Shown: piece after piece, positions 1 to 9,643 of the stretch
Layout: each line of letters opens with the position of its first letter
Numbering within the stretch: the stretch's first letter is position 1
Source of the DNA: a virus
Taxonomy: Duplodnaviria > Caudoviricetes
Length of the DNA stretch: 60,652 bases
IMG/VR virus record: IMGVR_UViG_3300017989_000126
Span: 1 to 60,652 of that record
Direction: 5' to 3' (one strand)
Program-made: the position numbers and the translations under genes
The notes under the pieces: generated by a model
Databases searched by the model: none
Told to the model about the DNA's origin: nothing
What the model saw: only the letters and a program-made list of their open reading frames with translations

Positions 1-135
1 AGCCAAGCCAGAAGTACACTTCTGGAAGGTGCAGAGATCACTGGAGAGATAAAGTTCTCTTAATTACCAGCATGAGCGTCCGACATCCCAAGTGGATGAT
101 GATATGATCCATCCCATAAGAAATTGTGGAATTAG
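1..135 (+). ncRNA. Group I intron, 3' half (P6-P9); 5' part lies outside the window
   Basis: AGCCAAGC..GAAGGTGCAGAGATCA resembles the Q/R elements. P7 is GATCA (36-40) with TGATC (105-109). P7.1 is CTGG..CCAG, P8 is CATCC/GGATG, J8/7 is GATGATA, P9 is CCATAA-GAAA-TTGTGG. Candidate terminal G at 135. Confidence 0.75.
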
Positions 136-206
136 ATGTACACCAAAATTCACACTCAACACTGAGTAATTTGAATTACTGTAACTTTCAATTAAAGAAT
201 AGCGTT

Positions 207-247
207 CTTCAATTCGATACTATGTTATCATGGTATCGAAATTGGAG
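207..247 (+). promoter_or_regulatory. Hairpin occluding the RBS of the HNH gene
   Basis: TTCGATAC (213-220) pairs with GTATCGAA (233-240); the stem extends through CTTCAA/TTGGAG over the GGAG RBS. Confidence 0.55.
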
Positions 248-253
248 GACGCT

Positions 254-817
254 ATGTCTATTTGTATGCATTGCAATAAAGAGTATACACCAGTGAGGTT
301 CAAAAAAGGTTCACCGCTTGCGAGCAGGAAGCCCCTACTTTCGTAGAAAGTTTACAAAGAGCAAAACCGCATTACTACAGCCAAGAAACGAGCATTGGTA
401 ACCAAAAAATGCAAACTTTGCGAAAAAGAATTCTCTCCCCAAAAAAGAATAACTCAAGTTTATTGCTCCAAACGTTGCCGTGAGTTAATTCCCAAGCGAG
501 CATATCAAATGCTCAGGCGATGCATGAAGCTTACGAAACAAAGTAAGCTGCATCATACTCATGAGACTCTTGGGTACACCCCTGCTCAGTTACAAGAGCA
601 CATTATGTCTCATTCAAATTGGGAAAAGGTGAAAGATGGACCATGGCATATCGATCACATATTTCCCGTTGTAGCTTTTATAGAACACAACATAACAGAT
701 ATGTCGGTTATCTGTGCCTTAGAAAATCTGCAACCCTTGTCAGATGAAGATAATCACTCTAAAAATGGAAAATATGATAAAGGTCAATTCAGCAAATTTT
801 TAAAAGAGTCTTTATAA
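254..817 (+). pseudogene. HNH homing endonuclease with Zn-finger N-terminus, interrupted by in-frame TAG at 344-346
   Basis: GGAGG + ATG254 is in frame with ORF 395-817. CxxC motifs and the WHIDHIFP...NLQPL...N HNH motif are present. The stop lies in a ~33-bp foreign segment. Confidence 0.7.
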
Positions 818-823
818 TATGAC

Positions 824-1021
824 ATGTATGATGGAAGAACAGCAGAGCCAGCACAATTCAAGAGGATAACCATACCTTTAATTCGTAGAATTTACCCACA
901 ACTCATTGTCGGTAATGTTGTTGCTGTCCAACCATTGATGAGCAGTTTTAATTTACAAAGATACATTCAAGGCAGCTCGCCAAATAAAGAAAAAGCTAAT
1001 TGGAAGACCGAAGGATTCTAA
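824..1021 (+). CDS. Small protein resembling a gp23-type major capsid protein fragment, with C-terminal WKTEGF
   Basis: FKRITIPLIRRIYPQLIVGNVVAVQPL resembles the conserved IPLVRR..P.LIA..IV.VQP segment of T4-like capsid proteins. Confidence 0.6.
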   Translation: MYDGRTAEPAQFKRITIPLIRRIYPQLIVGNVVAVQPLMSSFNLQRYIQGSSPNKEKANWKTEGF

Positions 1022-1110
1022 TCAAACAACCGGGTTCTCTTAGGGCAATATTGGCTTAAAGTATTGCTAAATTCAGCATTTTTTGCTATGATATGTTGTG
1101 GAGAATTTCT

Positions 1111-1977
1111 ATGCTTAACAAAGTTTTAATTTGTGTAGTCGTTTTGTTGACAGTGATAATTGGTTTTGGCGTCTATGAAAAAGCCAAAAAAACCTTACCT
1201 TATCCTTACGATTATGTTCATGCACCTCCAAGTGCACTTAATCAGTTAAATTTGGAAACAATCACAGTTGAACCTGATCCTGAGCCTATCTGTATTCCCA
1301 AAGAGGTTTTGGAAGTTAATCGAATCAATAGTCAACTGAAAGGCATGGCTTGTAGCGGCATCAATGTTTATGTCTGGGAAGGCGGTTTTAAATTTCGCCT
1401 ATCAGGTAATCTTCGCTATGAGAAAGGGAAAAAATTTCGCATGACAGTTCGTTCTCTGTTTGGGAAAGAACTCGACCTTGGGTCTAATGATGAACAGTTT
1501 TGGTTTTGGTCTCGTCGAAGCAATGAACCCGGTTTATTCTACGCAAAACACGAAGATTATTACAAAACAAGGCTCAAAACCCCATTCAATCCCGTATGGA
1601 TCATGCACACTCTGGGAATTGACGAAATCGATGCAGAAGATGTCGAAATTGTTGATGAAAAAGACAAAGATGAGATCTTGGTTGTCAAAGAAGGCGTAAA
1701 TTCTATGGGAAAACCCATATTGACCACAACTTTTGTGAATCGATACACAATGAGAGTCACAAAGGTGCTAACAACAGATTTGAATGGAAAACCTTTAGCC
1801 TCTTCTGAAATTAAGAAATACAGCGGTAATTTCCCGATTGAAATCGTTTATGACTGGTTTGAAGAAAACAAAACCATGGAAATCAAGATTAAAGGACCAT
1901 GGGAAGGCGGAAAATCTAACCCGCTTCTTTGGGAGAGACCTAATATCAATCCAAAAACTGACATGGGTGTTGACTAA
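1111..1977 (+). CDS. Membrane-anchored hypothetical protein (possible LolA-like fold)
   Basis: GGAG RBS before ATG1111, N-terminal TM helix, DLGSNDEQFWFW motif. Confidence 0.6.
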   Translation: MLNKVLICVVVLLTVIIGFGVYEKAKKTLPYPYDYVHAPPSALNQLNLETITVEPDPEPICIPKEVLEVNRINSQLKGMACSGINVYVWEGGFKFRLSGNLRYEKGKKFRMTVRSLFGKELDLGSNDEQFWFWSRRSNEPGLFYAKHEDYYKTRLKTPFNPVWIMHTLGIDEIDAEDVEIVDEKDKDEILVVKEGVNSMGKPILTTTFVNRYTMRVTKVLTTDLNGKPLASSEIKKYSGNFPIEIVYDWFEENKTMEIKIKGPWEGGKSNPLLWERPNINPKTDMGVD

Positions 1978-1980
1978 ATT

Positions 1981-2350
1981 TTAGTTCATCAGAAATTTAA
2001 CACATTCATTGATTACATCTTTTTTTTGACAATCAAAATCACTTTCCCAAACAACTAAAATTTCAAATCCGTTTTTTCTAGCTTTTTCTAATTTATTAAA
2101 ATCTTTTTCCCATACTTCTTTCGCTGTCATATTCCACACTCGAATAAACTCATCTTCTTTAAAATATTTTGGATTTGCGTGCCAAATATTTCCGTTAAAT
2201 TCTATAACTTTTTGTCATCAACAATTACAAAATCAAAATTTGTATTTGTGCCACATCCATATTCGTGATTTAATTCTCCAAAATAAACCCTTTTATCTTG
2301 CAAACACAATCTGTTGTATAAATCCCAAAATAGTTTTTGAGATTTCTTAG
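1981..2350 (-). pseudogene. Truncated, frameshifted Vsr/DUF559-like endonuclease remnant
   Basis: Minus strand reads ..FDFVIVDDKK(frameshift in A-run ~2209)VIEFNGNIWHANP..WEKD..K...GFEILVVWESD..FLMN*; no start found. Confidence 0.65.
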
Positions 2351-2390
2351 AATAATTTTGTCGATTAAGAGTTCAGTAATATATAACACT

Positions 2391-4550
2391 ATGTTCAAAA
2401 AATGGTTGATTGAAGAAGGCAAAAAAGAACTTGCCAAACAATTTAAACAAAAGCTACACGGTGTGCCTCAAGATCCAGATCACCACCCGGAAGGATCGGT
2501 GTTTTTTCATACACGCTTAGTTCGTAAAGCAATTCCTAATGCAATTCAAGAATTGAAATCTCTTCAACAAAACGATCCTGAACTCAGCTATGTACTTTCA
2601 AATTTGAATTTTGATCTTCCTCCAGAAGAAATGAATGTTTTGAAAATGGCAGCTTGGTTGCATGACATTGGAAAGCCTGCAACAACAACTGTTGGTGGAT
2701 TGCCTTTTTTGACACGTGCTCCATTGACTGGAAAAATACAGTCAATTGCACATCAAGATCCCAAAAACTACATGCCGGAAATTGAAGATCTGGAAAGCGT
2801 AGCCCCACCAGAAACAATTGCATTTTTCAAAAAACATGAACCTTTAATTCGATTCCTTGTCGATCACCACATGGACTTTGTGGCAGAAAAGTTTTCAAGA
2901 ACCATTGTAGATGAATTTTTCAGAGATGGAAAAATAATCAACGATGTTCGCATCAAACTTCTGCTTGCTTTAATGTGGTCTGATAAAATGGGTCGAGAGC
3001 CAGCAGAAATGGTGGTCAGAGGGATTGCAAAGAATGCTAAAAAGCTGGCTCTTTCTGCAAAGTTTGGCTTACAAAGACAAAAGAAACGAGACAATCAATC
3101 AAAGCCATTTGAAGGTGGACCAGATGCTTTCAGAGCTATGCTTCAGAAGCGTGGTGTGGATTCTGCAAGCATTGAAAAAGCGATACAAAACAAATTTGGA
3201 ACAAACGAATCATTTAGAACGTTTTTAGAAATGCAAGAAGCACAACCAACCACAATTGAAGCCAACATCCCCATGACGGACAAGGTCCATGTGGTCGCCA
3301 AACATTTAAAGAATGGCGACAATGGGGTTGTTGTGTATGCTGTTGGTGGTGCAGTACGGGATTTTCTGAATGGAGTTCAACCAAAAGACATTGACCTCAC
3401 CACCAATCTTTCTGAAGAAGATATAATCAAAAGATTAGAAACTCCAGAAGCTCGTAAAGATGGCATACGCATACATAAAAAAGAAAGTGTAGACACATTT
3501 GGTGTTGTGTTTGTGTTTGTTGATGGTCACGATTTTGAAGTTGCACCATTCCGAAAAGACATAGGCTCTGCTGATGGTCGTCGTCCTGAAGCTGTTGAAC
3601 GTGGCACTATTCAGGATGATGCTATGCGTCGTGATCTTACCATGAACAACCTCTATTATGATTTCGAGAAGAATTTGATTCTTGATTTCAATCCCAATGG
3701 GCAGGGAATAGAAGACGCACAAAATGGCGTTGCACGTCCTGTTGGCGATCCATTTGAACGATTCGACGAAGACAAAATTAGAGTATTTCGATTGGTTCGT
3801 TTCTTCTCTCGGTTTAATCCCGGAATTATCACTAATACCCTTGATGAAAGAACTCGAAAAGCTGTAGAGCATTACAAAGAAGTTCACAAACAAAAAGGAA
3901 TTTTCCCTGAGAGGATTTATGAAGAATTTACTGGTGGAATTAAACAGTCTCAAAACACCAGCATGTTCTTAAAAAGTCTTGCTGCACTTGATTTAATGCA
4001 AGCTGTATTTCCGGGAATGAATGTAGATGTTGAAGGCATTGATCGAATTGGCAACAGTAAAAAATTGGGTGTTATTTTAGCATGGTTATTGAGAAATAAC
4101 CCAAATGCCTCAAGGCAACTTAAGGCTTTAAAGTACCCTAATGTTGTCACTGATAAAGTCAATTTCCTGCATCAACTATTGGATAGATTTCAAGGGAATC
4201 CTGAAAGCATATCAAACATTCATGGTTTGATTAAACAACGTGACAGGTTCATCGATCCAAACTATGACACTGAGCAAAAAGAGCAAATGTCACAGGAAAT
4301 GAAACAGGACATTATTGAGTTCAGCCAAATGGCAGGAGTCGATTTATTGAATCTTGACCGTGCTACTCACTTTGCATCTTATAATGTGCCAAAAATTAAT
4401 GGCAATGAATTGATGCAAAGACTGGGAATTTCAGGGCCAGAAGTGGGCGCAGCAATGGATCAGGAAAGAGACAGACATTACAGTCAATCTTTCCAAGATT
4501 ACCTAAAGCAATCACTTCCCAAGTCTTCTGCGAATCGCATCCCGTCTTAA
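2391..4550 (+). CDS. cca: HD-domain / tRNA nucleotidyltransferase (CCA-adding, class II) fusion
   Basis: HHPEGSVFFHT and WLHDIGK (HD domain); VGGAVRD, DIDL, RRDLTMN, EDKIRVFR (class II NTase). Confidence 0.85.
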   Translation: MFKKWLIEEGKKELAKQFKQKLHGVPQDPDHHPEGSVFFHTRLVRKAIPNAIQELKSLQQNDPELSYVLSNLNFDLPPEEMNVLKMAAWLHDIGKPATTTVGGLPFLTRAPLTGKIQSIAHQDPKNYMPEIEDLESVAPPETIAFFKKHEPLIRFLVDHHMDFVAEKFSRTIVDEFFRDGKIINDVRIKLLLALMWSDKMGREPAEMVVRGIAKNAKKLALSAKFGLQRQKKRDNQSKPFEGGPDAFRAMLQKRGVDSASIEKAIQNKFGTNESFRTFLEMQEAQPTTIEANIPMTDKVHVVAKHLKNGDNGVVVYAVGGAVRDFLNGVQPKDIDLTTNLSEEDIIKRLETPEARKDGIRIHKKESVDTFGVVFVFVDGHDFEVAPFRKDIGSADGRRPEAVERGTIQDDAMRRDLTMNNLYYDFEKNLILDFNPNGQGIEDAQNGVARPVGDPFERFDEDKIRVFRLVRFFSRFNPGIITNTLDERTRKAVEHYKEVHKQKGIFPERIYEEFTGGIKQSQNTSMFLKSLAALDLMQAVFPGMNVDVEGIDRIGNSKKLGVILAWLLRNNPNASRQLKALKYPNVVTDKVNFLHQLLDRFQGNPESISNIHGLIKQRDRFIDPNYDTEQKEQMSQEMKQDIIEFSQMAGVDLLNLDRATHFASYNVPKINGNELMQRLGISGPEVGAAMDQERDRHYSQSFQDYLKQSLPKSSANRIPS

Positions 4551-4745
4551 TTTTTCAATACGCTGTCTTTGAGAATCAAGCCTCTGTGCTTGTTTGGGAG
4601 ATGTTGCAGCTTGAGCATTGAGTGTTCTAAGTTGCTGAGGAGTAGCTCCTGCTGCAACTCCACCCTGAGTTGACCTAGGTCCAACTGTTGGTCTCAAAGC
4701 TGATCTGCGTCTAACAACACCTTTACGTCCACACCCACATCCCAT
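4512..4745 (-). CDS. Small basic protein (MGCGCG start)
   Basis: GGAGG RBS; Arg/Lys-rich 77 aa ORF. Confidence 0.7.
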   Translation of the reverse strand: MGCGCGRKGVVRRRSALRPTVGPRSTQGGVAAGATPQQLRTLNAQAATSPKQAQRLDSQRQRIEKLRRDAIRRRLGK

Positions 4746-4803
4746 GAGAAACCTCCTTTGCCTTTATATATGGGTTGCGAATTTAAATCAAATGCACTAA
4801 ACT

Positions 4804-6330
4804 ATGTGCATGTCTAATCTTGAATTAAATGCTGAGGAAATTTTAGAAAGCGCCATAGAAAAAAGCAGAGAGATCATGAACTCTCAGCCACAAGTAGCAG
4901 AAATTATCCTCAAACAACTTATCAAATGTAAACCAGATCACCCTGAAGGATTGCAACTTTTGGGATTATTGGAACATAGACTAGGCAAACATGCCGAAGC
5001 TATTGAAATCATTCAGGTTGCCATAGAAGTAGACCCGGAATGTGCTGAAAACCATAATAATATTGGGTTGGCCTATGCTTGTTTGGGCGAATATGAAAAA
5101 TCTATTGAACACATAGAAAAAGCTGTTGAGATGAAAACGGATCATTATGTTTTCCTCAATAATTTAGCTCTACAATATCGACAAGTTGGCAGATACGATG
5201 AGTCTATTGATACATTCCAAAAAGCTATCGATGCCAATAACACGCCGCAAATTTGGGGCAATCTTGGTGGTGTGTGGGGAGAATTGGGTAATCTCGAAAA
5301 ATCAGAAGAGTGTTTCATGAATGCTTTGGAAATTGATCCAAATTATCCTGCGGCTCATGTAGACATAGCTTTCATAAATCATCTAAGAGGAAATTGGGAA
5401 AAAGGATTTGAAGAATACGAATGGCGATTCGATCACTTTCCTCAACTTCAATTTTACAAAAAAGTCTATGACCAAGAAAAAAAATGGGATGGAAAAGCCG
5501 ACCTCAAAGGCAAAACAATTATTCTATACGGAGAACAAGGTCTGGGCGACACAATTCAGTTTGTTCGTTATGTAAAAGTTCTTAAAGAAAAAGGTTGTCA
5601 TGTTATTGTACATTGCCCAAGTTCTTTAAACGCTGTGATCTCCAGATGTGAAGGTGTTGATGAAATTGTCAATCGTGACATTGTCACAGGCAAAGGTGAT
5701 CCTTTGCCTGAATATGATTACCAATGTTCTTTATTGAGTTTGCCACATTTGCTTAAAGTGGTTGATGTAGGAACATCACCGTACATTTCACCTATAGTTA
5801 CTCTGAATACTAAAGAGCAATATCCTGACACATTCAACATAGGGATTTGCTGGGCAGGCAGCCCTGCACACCCCAAAGATGCAGAAAGGTCCATTAAGCT
5901 AAAACACTTCAAGCCTATTCATGATATACCTAATGTCAAGCTGTTCAGTCTTCAAGTTGACATGAGAAAAAGAAGTTACGTGAACACTCTTTCTAATTTA
6001 GATCTCACTGAAGATTGCGATGATATAAGAATTGTAGATATGACGAACATGATCCAGACATTTGATGATTCTGCAACAATCATTAGCGGCCTTGATCTTG
6101 TAATTAGTTGTGATACTGCATTGGTTCATTTAGCTGGTGCCATGGGTGTGCCTTGTTGGGCTTTAATTCCATACAGTCCTGATTGGCGGTGGGGAATTGA
6201 AGGCGATAAAACAAACTGGTATGAATCTTTGACATTGATACGTCAAAAAGAACGAGGTGATTGGACAGGTGTATTTGAGGAAGTAAAAGACCGACTTAAC
6301 AAAAACTTTTCTTTACCGGAGACAACATGA
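4804..6330 (+). CDS. TPR-repeat protein with GT9-like glycosyltransferase domain
   Basis: Multiple TPRs; EQGLGDTIQF, ICWAGS, DLVISCDTALVHLAGAMG, DWRW motifs. Confidence 0.85.
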   Translation: MCMSNLELNAEEILESAIEKSREIMNSQPQVAEIILKQLIKCKPDHPEGLQLLGLLEHRLGKHAEAIEIIQVAIEVDPECAENHNNIGLAYACLGEYEKSIEHIEKAVEMKTDHYVFLNNLALQYRQVGRYDESIDTFQKAIDANNTPQIWGNLGGVWGELGNLEKSEECFMNALEIDPNYPAAHVDIAFINHLRGNWEKGFEEYEWRFDHFPQLQFYKKVYDQEKKWDGKADLKGKTIILYGEQGLGDTIQFVRYVKVLKEKGCHVIVHCPSSLNAVISRCEGVDEIVNRDIVTGKGDPLPEYDYQCSLLSLPHLLKVVDVGTSPYISPIVTLNTKEQYPDTFNIGICWAGSPAHPKDAERSIKLKHFKPIHDIPNVKLFSLQVDMRKRSYVNTLSNLDLTEDCDDIRIVDMTNMIQTFDDSATIISGLDLVISCDTALVHLAGAMGVPCWALIPYSPDWRWGIEGDKTNWYESLTLIRQKERGDWTGVFEEVKDRLNKNFSLPETT

Positions 6331-7217
6331 AAATATTTTACAGGATCAGTGACAACAGTTATGCGAAACAAAAGCTTCCCGGTGCAGATAAAGAAACATG
6401 TCTCACAAATTTTGTTAAAGCATTTGAAGATGTAATTTTCACAAAAGAGACATTAGAGGGAAAGAACGAACCTCCTATTTTCATTATAGCAGATCGCTGT
6501 ACTCGAAAAACGAATAAAATGCTTACAGAAACCGGTCTTCCCATGAAGATCACTGATTTAGGTAATGCTGGATCATTGCACTATGCTTTAGATTTAGCCC
6601 TTGAAGAATGTCGTCCCGGAGAATTGGCATATTTTGTTGAAGATGATTATCTTCATTTAGGAAATGCTTCCCAAGTTCTCAGAGAAGGCATGATGATCTC
6701 TGATTACCTAACATTATATGATCATCCTGACAAATACACAAATTTGTATGACATGGGAGAAACATCAAAAGTTGTTAGAACTAACAGTAGTCATTGGAGA
6801 TATACGGTTAGTACATGTATGACATTTGCTGTTAAAACAGACATTCTTGCTGAAGATATTGAGATCTTCAAAAAGCACACAGACACTTTTGAAACAGGCA
6901 ATGAAGGGGAACATCCTCTTGATCATGAAATTTTTGTGGAGTTACGTGAGAAGGGTAGAAAATTGGCTGTTTCTATTCCGGGCGTTGCTTGTCATGTTGA
7001 TATGACGCTTTCTGCAAAAGCTAGTAGAAACATGATGGAACCTTGGGCCATTGAAACCATGACAAGGGATTTGGAAGAGCAGGTAAAAAGCGTTTACAAA
7101 CGCCTAAAGCCAGAAGATGTAAAAAGGTTTGCTGATTTGGAGTCTTCTGTTCTCAAAAGTCAGGGGTGGAATCGCCTGATAAGACTTGATGCATTATTGA
7201 AAAAATGCGAAGGATAA
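6327..7217 (+). CDS. GT-A-type glycosyltransferase-like protein
   Basis: YFVEDDYLH (DxD-like) motif; translationally coupled to the TPR-GT gene. Confidence 0.65.
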   Translation: MKIFYRISDNSYAKQKLPGADKETCLTNFVKAFEDVIFTKETLEGKNEPPIFIIADRCTRKTNKMLTETGLPMKITDLGNAGSLHYALDLALEECRPGELAYFVEDDYLHLGNASQVLREGMMISDYLTLYDHPDKYTNLYDMGETSKVVRTNSSHWRYTVSTCMTFAVKTDILAEDIEIFKKHTDTFETGNEGEHPLDHEIFVELREKGRKLAVSIPGVACHVDMTLSAKASRNMMEPWAIETMTRDLEEQVKSVYKRLKPEDVKRFADLESSVLKSQGWNRLIRLDALLKKCEG

Positions 7218-7290
7218 TAATATTTGAATAAATTCTCCTCAAACTCTATATACTTCATACCGTTGCAACAGGTACAGGAGAATTAGAACT

Positions 7291-7512
7291 ATGGATTTTA
7301 TCACTTGGTGCCAAGACAGAGGACTGGCAATCCCAACTGTAGATGAACAGCGTGAACGAACTGGTGTAAGAGGTCAGTATCCTGATGGATACGTTCGCAG
7401 CCAGTATCCTGATGGATATTTCGCTCCGACAACAGCTACATGGAAACTCGACCTTCAAAATGCCGAAAAGGTTAAGAACAAGAAGGACGCTGGAGAAACG
7501 CCGGTCAAGTAA
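7291..7512 (+). CDS. Small putative virion protein
   Basis: GGAG RBS; MDFITW start; internal repeat RxQYPDGY x2. Confidence 0.65.
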   Translation: MDFITWCQDRGLAIPTVDEQRERTGVRGQYPDGYVRSQYPDGYFAPTTATWKLDLQNAEKVKNKKDAGETPVK

Positions 7513-7527
7513 GTCTAAAAAACAAAC

Positions 7528-7563
7528 AAAAAGCCCTTTAAACACGTGTTTGAAGGGCTTTTT
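7528..7563. terminator. Bidirectional intrinsic terminator
   Basis: AAAAAGCCCTT..AAGGGCTTTTT between convergent genes. Confidence 0.8.
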
Positions 7564-7566
7564 GTA

Positions 7567-7902
7567 TTATTTGCCAGCATCATTCCACATTGATTCTACA
7601 ATTCGTTTATCTTGATCTTTTTCAGCTAAGGATTTTTCTTTCTTAATCAGGTCAAGATTACGTTCCCAATAAATCCATTGATTTTCGTTCTTCTCGTGCT
7701 GAAAAACTATCCCCATTGCTAAGTATTTCTCAATGATTTCTTCAACTCTTTCTGTTGAGAGACCTGAGTCTTTTGCAATCATGGCTGTACTGCGATAAGG
7801 CCATTCATTATTGCGAGAAAGTGCAATAAAAAACCTTTGCTCTTCGTTGCCTTCTTCTGTTCCTTGTGGATAAACATCGATCCATTTTTTTGGTTTTGGC
7901 AT
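7567..7902 (-). CDS. Hypothetical protein, possible winged HTH
   Basis: GGAGG RBS; STAMIAKDSGLSTERVEEII helix pattern. Confidence 0.65.
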   Translation of the reverse strand: MPKPKKWIDVYPQGTEEGNEEQRFFIALSRNNEWPYRSTAMIAKDSGLSTERVEEIIEKYLAMGIVFQHEKNENQWIYWERNLDLIKKEKSLAEKDQDKRIVESMWNDAGK

Positions 7903-7976
7903 ATGACCTCCGAAAAACTAATAGCTAAACTCTACTATACATAGTTAGGACGTAACAGTAAAGGGGTAAATAAACC

Positions 7977-8486
7977 ATGAAGTATCAAGAGAAAATGAAT
8001 CGATATGAAAAGAAGCAACTTCAGGAGAAAATTCTGGATGAAGCTTTGGCAGGCAAAGGGTTGTATCTTTACGAAAACAATTCCGATGCCGATTTAACAC
8101 TTCCTCGACCCACACAAAGTGGGAGGCGTGAAATTGGAGGAAGAGAACAATTTCAGGGTGATGACTACTATATGCAGTTAGTTCGTACAGGATTTCTGAG
8201 ATTGATTAAAGAACTCCAACCACCAACGCCAGCGGCACCTCCGCAAACAAACATTCAAGAACAAAATGAGGTAACAATGACAGAACAAAAACAAGAAAAG
8301 CTTATTCTGGATCAACCAGACACAGTTACAACTGAAGGAACTGTTGAGAATGTAGCTCAACCACAACAGTGCGATAAAGGCACAGAATGCTGTGGGGGAA
8401 CTGGACATGGGCAACCACAGCCAGAAGTTCTTCTCAATGAAGCTCCTGTTGATGACGATGACAGCTTCATGATCATTGAAGACTGA
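7977..8486 (+). CDS. Hypothetical protein
   Basis: 169 aa ORF followed by a terminator. Confidence 0.7.
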   Translation: MKYQEKMNRYEKKQLQEKILDEALAGKGLYLYENNSDADLTLPRPTQSGRREIGGREQFQGDDYYMQLVRTGFLRLIKELQPPTPAAPPQTNIQEQNEVTMTEQKQEKLILDQPDTVTTEGTVENVAQPQQCDKGTECCGGTGHGQPQPEVLLNEAPVDDDDSFMIIED

Positions 8487-8508
8487 TTCCAGTCCAATTT
8501 TTGTACTT

Positions 8509-8554
8509 AAAACCTCAGATTGAGTTGCTTATGCGATTTAATCTGAGGTTTTTT
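8509..8554 (+). terminator. Intrinsic terminator
   Basis: AAAACCTCAGATT..AATCTGAGGTTTTTT. Confidence 0.75.
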
Positions 8555-8641
8555 CATTCAAAGCCCAAGCTTGTATTCCCAAGAAGATCTTCCAAAGCTA
8601 TACTCAGCCAAATCCATCATTGATTTGGTAAGGAGGAGAAG

Positions 8642-9088
8642 ATGGCGTTTTTTGGGCTTTTTAAAAATGGAGCACTTGTGCATTTGTCGGATCAGGAAAC
8701 AGAGGTAGTTTCCAAATTCGAAACACTCGGTGCTGACAAACTGCAACGCATTGAAAGTTTAGGCCGACTTTCCGAAATTCTAAATGAAAATCAAGAGAAG
8801 CCAAAAACTGCCCCTCTTCTGAGCGACGAGGACATTGAGGCATTTGCTGAAAGTATGTCTGATGCTGCTGAAACAGTTATGCAAAAACTGGAGAAGCTCG
8901 AAGATGCAGGCGTTGAAAACATACAAAAACTTCGTGATAGCGGCAAAAGTATCGTCGCCGAAGTAAAGAGTTTGGGAATAAGAGGCGTATCTGCTCTGAA
9001 TGAGCAACTTAAATCCTTTTCATCCCAACTAGATGAAACCCTGTCGGCACAACAAAGTGACGACAAATCCAACGAAGGAGAAATTTGA
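8642..9088 (+). CDS. Hypothetical coiled-coil protein
   Basis: AGGAGG RBS, 148 aa. Confidence 0.7.
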   Translation: MAFFGLFKNGALVHLSDQETEVVSKFETLGADKLQRIESLGRLSEILNENQEKPKTAPLLSDEDIEAFAESMSDAAETVMQKLEKLEDAGVENIQKLRDSGKSIVAEVKSLGIRGVSALNEQLKSFSSQLDETLSAQQSDDKSNEGEI

Positions 9089-9639
9089 TGATTTTGGCAG
9101 GTATTGTAAACGGTTTGTTTTTCGTAATTGTTTTTGCTGTTGTTGTAGGTGCCGTCATTTGGCTCTACAAAAACACAGTTGTAGAAGATGAAGATGGATC
9201 TAAAGAACCGCTTTTTGAAGATGAAGAAATCACACCGGCCCCAAAACGAACACCGCCAGCAGACACTCGGAAAAGAAAATACAAGAAACGTGATGATGGT
9301 CGGTATGAAAATGAAGATGGCGATATCGTAGATGAACTTCTTGGTTGGATGCTTTTAGTTGAATTGTTTGATGACGAACAACCGCCTCAAGAAGAGCCTC
9401 CTTTTGAAGTTAAAGAAGAGTCTGATGCCGAAACAGATAATGACTCTTTTGAATTTGAAGAAGAACCCGAATCTAAACCTGTTCAATCTGACCCTGAACC
9501 GACACCGCTTGCTGAAGCGGATGATGATTCAAGAAGAAACCCTCCACCTGCATATGAACCGCCAAGCTACGAAGATAACAGCAGTAGCAGCAGTTATGAT
9601 TCTGGTGATTCTGGTGATTCTGGCAGTTTTGGAGACTGA
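9085..9639 (+). CDS. Membrane-anchored acidic protein
   Basis: N-terminal TM helix; acidic low-complexity SDSG tail. Confidence 0.7.
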   Translation: MMILAGIVNGLFFVIVFAVVVGAVIWLYKNTVVEDEDGSKEPLFEDEEITPAPKRTPPADTRKRKYKKRDDGRYENEDGDIVDELLGWMLLVELFDDEQPPQEEPPFEVKEESDAETDNDSFEFEEEPESKPVQSDPEPTPLAEADDDSRRNPPPAYEPPSYEDNSSSSSYDSGDSGDSGSFGD

Positions 9640-9643
9640 TTAA

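Noticed and set aside
344-346. TAG stop-codon reassignment suggested by the in-frame TAG in the HNH gene
   Set aside because: Long conserved genes are uninterrupted in code 11, TAG ends genes at sensible positions (12533, 52120), and this TAG lies in an insertion footprint.
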